A stretch of DNA of 64,000 bases from Dictyostelium discoideum (taxonomy: Eukaryota): contig CM000150.2 of assembly GCA_000004695.1 (NCBI GenBank), positions 3,296,001 through 3,360,000 of the forward strand. Reading direction: 5' to 3'. The notes under the pieces are model-generated. The model did not search any database, was not told where the DNA came from, and worked only from the letters and a program-made list of their open reading frames with translations. Both the position numbers and the translations under genes were made by a program. Below, one piece after another: positions 43,032-56,106 of the stretch (the first letter of the stretch is position 1; each line of letters starts with the position of its first letter).

Positions 43032-44129
43032 TTATTTTTTTTTGTTTTGATTTTGATTTTTTAAAGGAGATTGTGGCGAAGATGTCGCAGTGGTTGTTGT
43101 AGTTGGTGAAACTTGTTGTTTAATTTGATCAAGTAATTGGTTAACAGAAATTGATAAATCAAAATTAAAATTTAAACTATCAATTATACTTGAAGGGATT
43201 TGAGGTAAAGATTGTAGTTCAATATTTGGTTCGGGGACCTTAAAAGAAAGACTTCTTCCGATTTGATAGATTTTGTTTAGAGTTTCATCAAATTCTTTGT
43301 TTCTTACTAATTGAAGGTAAGCTTTATAGAGATCCATTGCAGTCTTTGCATCTTCTACAGAACAATGAGTCTCTGATTGAATATCAATCTTTAGGAGGAT
43401 ATAAGCCAAGAAACGAAGTGAGAGCTTTCTTTGATTCTTTAGTTGAAACAATTCTACGGTATCGATGATTTGATTTGGTGGTACATAAATATTAATGATA
43501 CGGAAATCCTTTTTCAAACCATGTCCAACAAATTTCACACCTTGGTCAACGAGATAACGAAGTTTAAGATAACAACTCTTTAGGGTTATAACATTTTTAG
43601 TGGATAACTTTGGATCTAAATCACCGGGATTAATACCACTGAAACGAGTTAGATAATCTGTTACAGGTTCAATGGATTGAATGTAATCGTCAAAAAATGC
43701 TTCACCATTTTCACGAATGATTGAAACACGTGCTAAACTAAAATTACCAGGTTGAATGATAACTCTTTTACCATCAGAACTAACCTCTGTTTCCTCTGGA
43801 CCAATAGAAACAAATTCTGTATCAATAGCGACGAGATCATTCTCTTTAGGTATGGTATTTGCTGTTGCTGGTGTAAAATTGATTGGTGTTTTACATGTTA
43901 CCATATTATTTTGTAAATAAACTTCTTTAGTAATGGTTGAAATATGTGGTGGTATTGGAATATTTGTTATTGTGGTATCGGTAGAACTATTGCTAACTAC
44001 CTTATTATAGTACAAAATTGATGGTGTCTTCCAATTAGTATCAAAATGTGTTACATCGGTTGGTGAACATTCATTAATTTTGAAATCATTGAAATTAAAC
44101 CATGTTGAATCGATATAATTTGGACGATG

Positions 44130-44200
<71 letters not shown>

Positions 44201-44824
44201 AAGTGGTTGTGTTGTTGGTATTATTTTCATTATCACTATTACTACTATTATTATTTGATCCAAGTAATTCTAATGATTCTTCTTTAAATTCCTTATTATA
44301 AAAATCAGAAACTTTAATTTGAGAAACACAATGACCTTGTTTTGGTATCCTTTTCACTTGATCTTTTATATGTGATACACATGCAGTCAATTCATATAAT
44401 TGACCATCTTTGTTGATTTCTTGTGTTAAATCTTTTGGATCAACATGATGTTTTGATTTCTCTGGATTATTTGGGTATTCTGTAATAAATAATTGACCAT
44501 TATCGTCGATTTTAATTCGAATTTTTAATGGTAACCATGTTATCTCTTCAATTGGAGTTGCAGTGTTGGTAGTTGTTGTTGTTGTTGTAGTTGTTGTTAA
44601 TTGATTATTATTTATTAGTATTGATAAAGATGATGGAGATAATGAAGTTGAAGAATTTGATGAAGTTGAAGAATTTGATGTAGTTATTTGATGTGTTGGT
44701 GTTGAAATCGGCGTTGATGATTGATGGGTTTGATGAGTTGGTGTTGAAAAATTTGGTGGTGATAATGTCTTACCATTTGGTGTTGATATATTTGTATTAT
44801 TAATTGGTTGTGAATTTGTATTAC

Positions 44825-44888
<64 letters not shown>

Positions 44889-47581
44889 AGTTGAGGGTGG
44901 TACTGTTATTGTTGATGTTGATGAAGTTGTCGTTGTTGTTGAAGATTGCGATTGTTGTAAAGGTATTGATGATGGTGTTGCATTAAAAGTTTTCGAACCA
45001 GGAATAATATTTGCAACTTCATATTTCCAATATTCTTCATTTTCTTTTTTTAAACAATTTGCATTTATACATAAAATATTTGGTAATGTTTTGAGTTGTT
45101 TCTTTTGAAAGGTTGATGAAAAAGTTGAACATTTTTCACACCATGCAGGTGACTTAATTTGCTTTGTTAAACTAAGTTTTAGTAAATTACTAAAAGTTGA
45201 ATCACCGCCCAACTCTTGCGGTGTATTTGGATAAACGATATCATATTGGAATTGTCTTGATTGTTTTTCATATTGATGTCCACAATTTATACATTTATTT
45301 GATGAAGTTGTAATTGATCCAAATAATTTATCAATTATCGTATCATTAATATTACTTATACAATTATTATTTGTATTATTTGTATTATTATTATTATTAT
45401 TAGTATCATTATTTGTATTTAAATTATTATTATTATTATTATTATCATCATTGTTATTATTGTAGGTTGGAATTGGAGGAGTTAATTCTTTTTGAATTTG
45501 ATCTAAAAGGAATCTATTAAAATTTGCAATTAATTGAGTTAAAGGTATTTGTGGATCAGGTGAATCACCAGATAAGAAAATACTTAAGGCAGCAGTTTGA
45601 GGAATTTGTTTTAATACTCTAATAAAGTTACTGGTGTCAACAATGTTACCTTGACATTTATCCATCATTTGGAAAACAAAACCAAGTTCACAGCTAAGAC
45701 AATAGTTTCTAGTACATAAATGATTCAACATTGTCTCTTTAATTTGTGGTATGAAATAAAGGTTTTGAATACAACTATTGGTATAACTATTTGGTAATAT
45801 ATTCTCTAATCCTGCAAATTTAGTTTTATTATATTCCACCATATCAAAATCTTCAACTCCAAACTTTTTAAATTTCATTTCTCCCCATCTATATGATTTG
45901 GGTGGTCTAATATGTGACATTGATGATATTGTTAAATTTGATAAAGTTTTTTTGCTACCATCTTCATATGCTTTACCACGAATCTATTTTATTAATTTAA
46001 AAATATAATAATTAATTAACATTTTTTAAAATATTTTATAAAAAATAAAAAACAAAAAAAAAAAAAACTTACCTGTTTTCTTGAAATACCAGTATTTGAA
46101 ATATAACCAACGAAATCATGTTGTTTTAAATGAACTAATAAAGATGAATTAATTGGTCTAGTTGGTAAACCAACGGGATAAGATAAATTTGGTTTCCAAT
46201 AAGAGAGTGGGAATTGATCATAAGGTGGCACAGGGGGTGGTTGATCAAAGATTACATCGCTTAATGGAGAATATTCATCCATTTTCTGAGGTCTTGATAA
46301 TTGGGTGAATGGTACACATTCAGTTGGATAAGGATTAATGTTGACGTGAATATCCTCTTTTTCAGCCCATTGATGAACTAAACCACCACTATCACCAAAT
46401 GCCATACACTCGCCTGTTGGTGCGATATCAAACGATTGTAAATAACCAAACAAAGAATCTATTTGAAGATAAGGTGGTGATTGGGATTGAATATCGCCTT
46501 GAACATCACAAAGGTAAATTTGATTACTAGACTCACTAACAACCACAACCGTTGAATAGAATATTGGATGGAATTTAACGATTGATGGTCTTTTATATTG
46601 AATTGGTGGTAGAGATCTCATGGTCTTTATATCGTATACCCTAACAATTGGATCGATATACATTTGACCCAATCTTGGTGAACAACCACAACTAACCAAA
46701 AGGTCACCTTTAATATCGACACTCTTTATATCGCCTTTATGAGCGGGTAATGAACTTTCAATTCTCCAAGTTCTAGGATCCAACATTGATATCTCACCAT
46801 TGGTTTGACCACACCATAAACTTCTACCCCTGTTGATGGTTTTAACACCTGATGACATCGTCACCTCTTTCACCACTTTACCTGTAAAGAAATCCACAAC
46901 ATATAATGTATTTTGATCTGATCCTATCACTATCTCTGTGTTTTCAAAGTTTGAAAATGAAATTGCATTGAAATCTTTCATCCTATCATTCTTTATTTGA
47001 TAAATGGGTGCTCCACCTCTACTATGATATGATAATGCTGTCTTTGATAATGATATAATACCTTCTGAATCCACTAATAAATCTTTAATCTCTGTTTTAT
47101 CTACAAAAAAACTTGAAAATCTATCTAATGTTGGATTAATTAATGATGATATTTTACCCTTTTTTTTAAAAAAAAAAAATAAAAATAAAAATAAAAAATT
47201 AGATTTTATTAAAATAATAATAATAATATAATAATATTGTTAATAAAAATAACATACATTTTGATAACCAACCCAAAGTAATTCTTCCCAATGATCAAAT
47301 TTTAAACTTGTAATTGGATTTTGAGAATTTGATGACGGATATTCAGGTACAACTCTCATTTCGAACCAAGTACCATCATAATAACCATCATCTTCTGGCT
47401 GATCAATTTCATAACCTGTTTGGTGAGGTGTGTATCCATATAAACCATTATTAGGGTTATATATAGGTTGTGGTGGAGGTGCACCTCCATTTATATTCGG
47501 ATTATAAAATGGTTGATTATTATTTGGTGATGGTGATGGTGATGGTGATGATTGTTGTTGTTGTGTTTGTGGAGGTTGTTG

Positions 47582-47664
<83 letters not shown>

Positions 47665-47830
47665 GCGATTGATTTCCTAAATTATATGATAATGTTTGAG
47701 ATTGTAATGGGGATCCACGAATTAAATGATCTTGTTGGTAATTACTATAGAGTAATCCATGTTGAGGTTGTTGATGATTTTGATTCTTCTCTTGACCACC
47801 ATAGACTCCTGTATTTGAACTACCATACAT
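43032..47830 (-). CDS. PAN2 homolog (catalytic subunit of the PAN2-PAN3 poly(A) nuclease): WD40 N-terminus, UCH-like domain, C-terminal DEDDh exonuclease. join(43032..45983,46073..47158,47258..47830), about 1536 aa.
   Basis: Seen in sequence: exon 1 ends …SLKFDHWEELLWVGYQN plus GTATGT (compare human …HFDLHEELLWVGSHGG). Exon 2 (acceptor aaaag|ggt) GKISSLINPTLDRFSSFFVDK…MAFGDSGGLVHQW…FVGYISNTGISRKQ plus GTAAGT (human AFGDSEGCVHLW…FIGYAPNPRTRLRNQ). Exon 3 (acceptor aaaatag) IRGKAYEDGS…KKFGVEDFDMVEYNKTKFAGLEN… (UCH) …LVAIDTEFVSIG…DYLTRFSGINPGDLD…GHGLKKDFRIINIYVP…SETHCSVEDAKTAMDLYKAYLQL (DEDDh). Track ORFs 47240..47830, 46016..47074 (its 'M' is GTG) and 43032..45920 are its three exons. Confidence 0.8.
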
Positions 47831-48215
47831 TTATTTTTTTTTTTTATATTTATTTATTTTTTTCAACTATCTATATATACTTTGTATTTCTTCACACTTT
47901 CTCCTCTATTTTTTTTTTTTTTTTTCTATTGTTTTTATTTTTATTTTTATTTTTATTTTTATTTTTATTTTTATTTTTATTATTGTTATTACAAACAAGA
48001 TATAGTTTTATAAATAGATATATATATATATAATATTTATTTAATTGTTATTATTTCTGTATTATTACTGTTTATTCTATTTAAAAATTATTTTTTTTTG
48101 AAAAACAAAAAAAAAACAAAACAAAACAAAAAAATACAATAATGTGGTTTGAGAAAGAATGTTTATATGTTTTTGTTTAAATGTTTGAAAAATACTTTTT
48201 TTTAATTTAATTATT

Positions 48216-48262
<47 letters not shown>

Positions 48263-49213
48263 TTTCCAAACTAATAAGTTTAGTTTTTAAATTATCATAT
48301 GATCTAGTTGAGCCTCTTTTTAAATTATCATATGATTATCTTGTTTAGCTTTAATAAAGAAAAAAAAAAATTAAAAAAAAAAAAAATTTAAAAAAATTCA
48401 AAAAAAATTCAAAAAAAAAAAAATTAAAAAAAAAATTAAAAAAAAAAAAATTAAAAAATCTTGAAAAAGAATTTTAATAAACAAAAAAAATAAAAAAAAG
48501 TAGGAAAATTGAATATTTGTTGTATAAAATAGGGTATTTTTATAAAAAAAAGAAACCCAATTAATCTTTTTTTTACCATTTTTATTATTTTTAAATAAAT
48601 ATTAATATATTAACCAATATATTTAACTTCTTTCTTTTAATAATATATTTTTCCATTATTATTTTTTTATATTTTTTTTATTAAATTTAATAAGAATTGT
48701 ATTAAATAATAAGTTAAGGTAAATATTTTTAATTTAGGGAAAGACAAAATATAGTTTTTTTAATTTTTTATAATTTTTTTTAATTTTTTTTTTATTAGCA
48801 ACATTGACAAAAAAAAAAACAAAAACAAAAACAAAAAAAAAAGAAAAAAAGAAAAATAAAAAAAAAAGAAAAAAAAAAAAAGAAATTCTTTTTTTAAAAA
48901 TAAAAAAAATAAAAAAAGGACCTTAAAAATTTAAAGATATCAATATATATATATCTCAACCAAAATTACATAATTATTTAATTTTTTTTTTTATTTTTTT
49001 TATTTTTTTATTTTTTTATTTTTTTATTTTTTTTATTTTTCAATCAAGATTTGGGGCACCACAAAAGTTTTATCATATTATTCATATATACGCTTATAGA
49101 CAATAGTAATAATAAATATTTGTAAAATTAATTATGATAATAAAAAAAATAACAAATAAAATAAAAAAATAAAAAATAAAATAAATAAAAAAAAAATAAA
49201 TTAAAAAAATATA

Positions 49214-49263
<50 letters not shown>

Positions 49264-49399
49264 AAAAATTCATAAAAAATAAATACAACTATAATAGTAA
49301 TAATATACTTTGAATAAATAAAACAAGAAACAAATAGATAAAATAGAGATTAATAAAAATAAAACATATAATATATATATTTATATACAATAAAGAAGG

Positions 49400-49499
49400 A
49401 TGAGTAGATTACAACCTCAACAACAACAAAGAGGTCGGTCATCATCATTTAAAGATAATTTTCAAATTCAAAAGCCATTACAATCATTAACGCCATCAG

Positions 49500-49576
<77 letters not shown>

Positions 49577-49963
49577 AATAATGCGAACAATAATAATAAT
49601 AATAATAATAATAAATTTAATAACCAATATATACAACAAATGAAGAATGTTGAAAATGATATAAAAAAATGGATTGGAGAGAAATGTAGTTCATCATTAT
49701 CCGATGACTTTTTAGAGAAAGATTTAATGGAATCATTATGTACAGGTACGATATTATGTGTTTTAATTAATATGATTAAACAAGGTACGATTCAAAAGAT
49801 TCATTTACAACCAAATTATTTACAAAGAGTTGAAAACATTAGAAATTATCTTAGAGCTTGTTGGTTATTTGGATTACATTCGAAATATTTCTTTCCAAGT
49901 TCTTATTTACTTAGTATGACTATTGAAAATAATGATAATTCTAATTCATCAAAAACAACTACA

Positions 49964-50042
<79 letters not shown>

Positions 50043-50324
50043 GAGCTATTATCACAAGTCCAAATAAAAATGGGGGTGTTAATACAATGATTGTAAATTT
50101 AGAATATAAAGAAAAGATCATGATAAATTTAACAGAATTATGTAAAATTTCATTAAAAATTAAAAATTTGTAAGTATTTTAAGTATTTCTTTTCAATTGA
50201 AAAGAAATAAAAGTAAATTTAAAAACAAGAATATTCTTTATTAATGTTACATATAATTGTATTATTTAGTGGTAGTTTTTTACAATTATCATCATCATCT
50301 TCTTCAACGCCACCTCCCCCAATA

Positions 50325-50356
<32 letters not shown>

Positions 50357-50723
50357 TAACAATAATAATAATAATAATGATCTTTTAATAAGCAATAACA
50401 GTAGTAATATATCTTCACCAAACTCATTTTCCGATTCACCAATGGGATTTTCATCATCTATTAATTCTAGCTCAAATAATTCAAATTTAAATACACCAAA
50501 TAATTATAATAATACAAATAACAATAACAATAACAACAACAACAACAATAATAATAATAATAATAATATTAATAATCTAACACCACAAATGATTATTTCT
50601 TCACCAACATCGACATCATCAACTCCACCATTACCACCATGTGCAAATAATATAAATAATAATAATTTAAAGAAAAGGACAAAAATACCCAAAAATAATA
50701 ATAATAATAATAATAACAATAAC

Positions 50724-50787
<64 letters not shown>

Positions 50788-51903
50788 TTATAATAAAAAG
50801 AGATTGTAAAAAAGTTTATAGAAAAAGAAAATCATCAAATTGTGATAATGATGATAATGGTTCAAATTCAGATTCAGATTCATCAGATTCATCAGATTCA
50901 TCAGATTCAGATTCGGATTCATTGTTAAGTAGTGATGGTACACCAATTATTTTGTCACAAAGTAGTAATCCAGAATCTGTATCATTTAAATCATTTATAA
51001 AGGAGATATTACATTTAAAGAATATAATATCAAAACAAGATAAAACTATAACTTCTCAAAAACAAACCATTGAAACATTGGAAAAAGATTTAGAATTTCA
51101 AAAACAATTAACAAAGAAATTGTTGAGTTCACCAATTGATCTCTCTAATTTCATTGAAACCTCCTCTGACCCAAATGGTGCTATACCAGTATCTATACAA
51201 GCATTCACTAGACAAATTCAACAGATTCAAACACTTCAACAACAAAATCTATCACTTGAAACTGAATTATCTAAAACCAATGAACATCTTTCAACTAATA
51301 TAAGGAAAAATTCAAAATTAGAGAATGAAGTATTATCAATTGAAACAGAGTTATTAAATTTACGTATGAAATATGCAAATACTCTTTCATCTTCAAATTC
51401 AAATGGAAATAATAATAGCAATAATAATAGTTTAGGTTGTAATAATAGTATAAATGGTAGTAGTAGTGGCGGTGGTGGTAATAATTCATCTACTTCAAAA
51501 GGTACTTTATCACGTACAATTTCACAACCATTTCCATTAAGAAAATCAATTTCTCATTCAAATATAATAACCTCACCTGTCAATTCACATCAACAACAAC
51601 AACAACAAAATCAATTATCTCAATCACAAACGACTTCACCAAAAAATACTTCTGCAAGTTATAATAATGGTATTTTAAGTAAATCTTCAATTGTTAGTAA
51701 TACTAATACTAATAGTACATATAAATTTGGTTCATCTACTGGTATATTAAAAGTTTCTGCAACTCTTCAACAAAAACAACAACAACAACAGCAACAACAG
51801 AATCAGCAACAACAACAGAATCAGCAACAACAACAACAGAATCAGCAACAACAGAATCAACAACAACAGAATCAACAAAAACAGAATCAACAACAACAGA
51901 ATC

Positions 51904-51940
<37 letters not shown>

Positions 51941-51954
51941 GAATCAACAGCAGC

Positions 51955-51997
<43 letters not shown>

Positions 51998-53919
51998 GAA
52001 TCAACAACAACAACAAAATAATCAATTATCACAATCACAACAATTACAACAACAACAAAATCAACAAATAAACAATTTAATAGATTCACCATTAATAATT
52101 TCAAATTCATCAAATCAACAAATTGAATCAGAATCAATTGAATCAGATTCAGATTATGATAAAGATATGGTAGATTTTGGTAAAAAGATAGTATCAGCGT
52201 TAATATCATCAAGTAATCATGTTGAAATGAGTGAAATTTATAAAATGAATGATATACTGACAAATGAAACATCAAGAAGACAAATTTGTATAGTATTGGA
52301 AGAGGAGACAAAAATCAATCAATTAAAATTACCAATGAATGAAAATTCATTCGAAGTTACACTTTATCTTGTAAATACAATACTACAATGTATACACGAA
52401 GCACCAAGTAAAGATTATTTTAGTTTAAAGTTAATAATGGAAAGTAGTAGAATACTTAATAGAAAAAAAGTTAATGGCTCTTGTGAATTCATTCAAGAGT
52501 TTATAAAAGATCATCCAACTTGGAAAGATATTAAATTTTGGGAAGAACAATATTGGGATGAATTAATTATAAAACATCAACAATTTAGTGGTAGTGGTAG
52601 TAGTAGTAGTAGTAATACAGGTGGTTCAATTGTAACAACAATGACAACAACAACAACTGTAACAAGTGCAATTACCTCTTCATCATCTACTACTAGTGAT
52701 GATTTTGATGTTGATTATACTGAATTGGTTAATACACTTTTGATATCATATGTATATAATTTAGCAAGTTGGGGATTATCAAAGAGTGATGTTAAAGAAT
52801 TTACAATTTCAATGTCAAAGAAATCATTCTTAAAATCGAATGAATTGGAGAAACTTATAGAGCAAGTAACTTCAACGGTTGAATTATCATTTACCTCGGA
52901 TCATAATGTTTGTAAAGGACCACATTCATTCGTTTTGAAAAGTTTTAGAATCATATCGGAATGTAATTATTGTAGACAATATATTTGGGGTGTTAGAGGT
53001 ATCGTTGCACGTGAAGCATTTGAATGTGTTGGATGTAAATATAAAACTCATAAGAAATGTTTGAAAGAGGCATCTGAAAAAACATTTTGTTCATCACCAA
53101 ATGTTGGTGCACCATTCAATGTTAAACATGAAATGCATGTTGGTCTTGCAATTCAAGGTTTACCCTCTGGTTGGCGTACTCTCTTACTTCAATCTGGTTT
53201 TCAAGATTATGAAATTCAACAACATCAAGAAGATGTATTAGATGTTTTAGAATTTCATCATGTTTATAATGAAAAACAACAAAATTCAATTAAATTATTA
53301 ACAAATAATAGTAATAATAATAATAATAATAATAATAGTAATAATAATTTACAACAACAACAACAACAAAACCAACAATTAAAACAAAAATTAAATATAA
53401 CTAATAATCAACAAAATAATACAATAATAAATATTAATATAACTTCACCTTCAATTAGTGTTAATAATAATACATATAATAATAATAATAATAATAACAA
53501 TAATAATGAAATAAATCCATCATCACCAAATAATAATAATAATTATTATGATTCATTATTAGAAATTGAAGAACCATCATTTACATTAAAAGATTTAGTT
53601 TCATTAGAAAATCCTATTGATTTATATAAAGTAAGGGAGGTTGTTGGTGGTGGATCAACAGGAAAAGTTTATGTTGGTGAAAATTCAATAACTGGCGAAA
53701 AGGTAGCAATTAAAAAGATGAAAGTAGATAATAATAATATTAAAAATATAATTAATGAAATTAGTACAATGAAAAATTCAAAACATAAAAATGTAATTAA
53801 ATATGTTAGTTCACATTTAGTTATAAATCATATTTGGTTAATTATGGAATATATGTCTTATGGTTCATTAACTGATTTAATTAGTAACTGTATAAATATT
53901 CAATGTAATGGTAATAATC

Positions 53920-53951
<32 letters not shown>

Positions 53952-54536
53952 ACTTATTTTATTGAATCACATATTGCATATATTTGTCAACAAGTTTTAC
54001 AAGGTATGGACTATATTCATAAAGGTCATAGAACTCATAGGGATATAAAGAGTGATAATATTTTATTGGGTAAAGATGGAAGTGTAAAAATTGCAGATTT
54101 TGGTTTCGTTGCAAATTTAACTAGAAAGAAACTTCAAAGAAATAGTGTTGTTGGTACACCCTATTTTATGGCACCAGAATTAATCAGAGGTAATCAATAT
54201 AATCATAAGGTTGATATTTGGAGTTTAGGTATTTTAGCAAGAGAATTATCAGAAGGTGAACCACCCTATGCAAAATATCCACCAGTTAGAGCATTATTTT
54301 TATTAACTTTAGAAGGTGTACCAGATTTTAAAGAACCAAATAAATGGTCATCTGATTTCATCGAATTTGTTAATCTATGTTTAAATTTAGATGATAAAAG
54401 AAGACCTGATGCTCATTACCTTTTAAGACATCCTTTCTTAAAAAAAGCTTGTTCTTCAAGAGAATTTGCTGATAAAGTTGAAGAAATTTATAATACTCGT
54501 AAAAATCAATTCTCTGATATTAATTTTAATTTTTAA
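49400..54536 (+). CDS. STE20/PAK-family serine/threonine kinase with N-terminal calponin-homology (CH) domain, C1 (DAG/phorbol-ester-type) zinc finger, CRIB/PBD motif and C-terminal kinase domain. join(49400..50169,50270..54536), 1678 aa. Possibly the Dictyostelium pakD-type gene (assignment uncertain).
   Basis: Seen in sequence: CH domain (…KKWIGEKCSS…LCTGTILCVLINMIKQGTIQKIHLQPNYLQRVENIRNYLRAC). Exon 1 ends …IKN+TT at a GTAAGT donor (50170); 100-nt intron, acceptor tattatttag. C1 is HNVCKGPHSFVLKSFRIISECNYCRQYIWGVRGIVAREAFECVGCKYKTHKKC. CRIB is SSPNVGAPFNVKHEMHVGLA. Kinase subdomains are GGGSTGKVYVG…VAIKKM…HRDIKSDNILL…DFG…GTPYFMAPE. Long poly-Q/poly-N linkers. Confidence 0.75.
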
Positions 54537-54620
54537 AATTAATAAATAAAAAAAAATAAAAAACCAAAAAAAAAAACAAAACAAAACAAATAATAATAAA
54601 AGTAATAAATAAAATTATTG

Positions 54621-54674
<54 letters not shown>

Positions 54675-54708
54675 CATTTTAATTTTAATTTATTTATTTA
54701 TTTATTTA

Positions 54709-55586
54709 TTATATGAAAAAACCTAAAATAAAAGCAATTGGTACAATAATATAAATTGGTATGAATGGAATTGCAATATGACCAATTTTACCAATTAAAT
54801 AAAGGTATAGTAATATTAAGAAAGCACAAACCAAACCAGTTACAGTCATGTCGAAACCAGGTTCATTTAATTTTGTAAGTAAAACCAAAATATTTGTACC
54901 AATGAAAATAAAGAAAGGAATGAATTTAATTGACCATGATAATAAATAAGTTGTTTGAGAAATTAATTCTAAAATCGTATAAATTGTAAAGTAAACTATA
55001 AAACTTGGATAAAAGATTCTAAAATTCTTTTTAAAACCTTTGGTTCTATAATTCTTTTGTTTTCCATTATCATTTCTTGAGTCGTTTCTTAATAACATTG
55101 CTAATCCTAAGAATACCCATAATGGTATTAAAACATAAAATAAATTTACATCTGTATCTGATGGTGAATTTAATTTAACCGATACTAAAACTACAAATAT
55201 ACCTAATGAACATGTTGATAATATTGACCAAATAAAATATCCAATATCTGATGATTTCAATGCTGATGATCCTGCAAAGAATATTAATAAAATAAATGTT
55301 ACATATAATGGTGAAAATATTCTTATCCTATTATTTTTTTTAAAAATTTTGATTGATTATTTTAAAAATGTTTAGAAAATAAAAAAAATAAAAAATTTAA
55401 TAATTAATAATTTAAATTAAAAAAAAAAAAGAATGAATTTTAGATAAAAAAATATAATATTAACACTTACCAACTCCAAGAAGTTAGTTTACCTGATATT
55501 CTCATTAAAAAAAAAATTAACCATATAACAAATGATATATTTAAAAATATCCATGATGAATATTTTATTACTTTTCTTGATGACAT
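54709..55586 (-). CDS. Multi-pass membrane protein, join(54709..55327,55471..55586), about 244 aa with at least 6 predicted TM helices. Possibly TMEM185-like (weak).
   Basis: Seen in sequence: exon 1 MSSRKVIKYSSWIFLNISFVIWLIFFLMRISGKLTSWS plus GTAAGT (55470). A 143-nt AT-rich intron ends …aataatag. Exon 2 is phase-consistent and extends track ORF 54709..55260 (whose 'M' is TTG) upstream: …IRIFSPLYVTFILLIFFAGSSALKSSDIGYFIW…. Confidence 0.45.
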
Positions 55587-56106
55587 TTATTTATTATTTT
55601 AAAACTTATTATTTTGTTATTATTATTTGATTTATTATTTTATTATTATTATTATTTATATTACAATTATAATTTTTTTTTTTTTTTTTTTTTTTTTTTT
55701 GTTTTAAAACTTTTAATAAAAAAAATAAAATAAAAATTAAAATAAAAAAAAAAAAAAAAATGGTTTATTTTCAGATTTCAAAAAAAATCAAAAAAAAATT
55801 TTCAAAAAAAAAAAAAATTAAAATTCCCAAAATAAATTCTTTGAAAAAATTTTTTTTTTTTTTTTTTTTATTAATTTATATTTAAGTCGCGCAATAGTTA
55901 AAAGAGAACTTAGGTGTTAATTTGGTTTGGTAAAAAATAATTTTTATATTTATTATTTAAATATATTTTTTTTTTTTTTTTTTCAATAATTTTTTTTATT
56001 TCTTTCTTTTCAATTTTTTACTTTTTTATTTTCATTCATTTTTTTAAAAAAAAAAAAAAAAATTTATTTATTTATTTATTTATTTTACTTATAGATAAAA
56101 AGAAAA

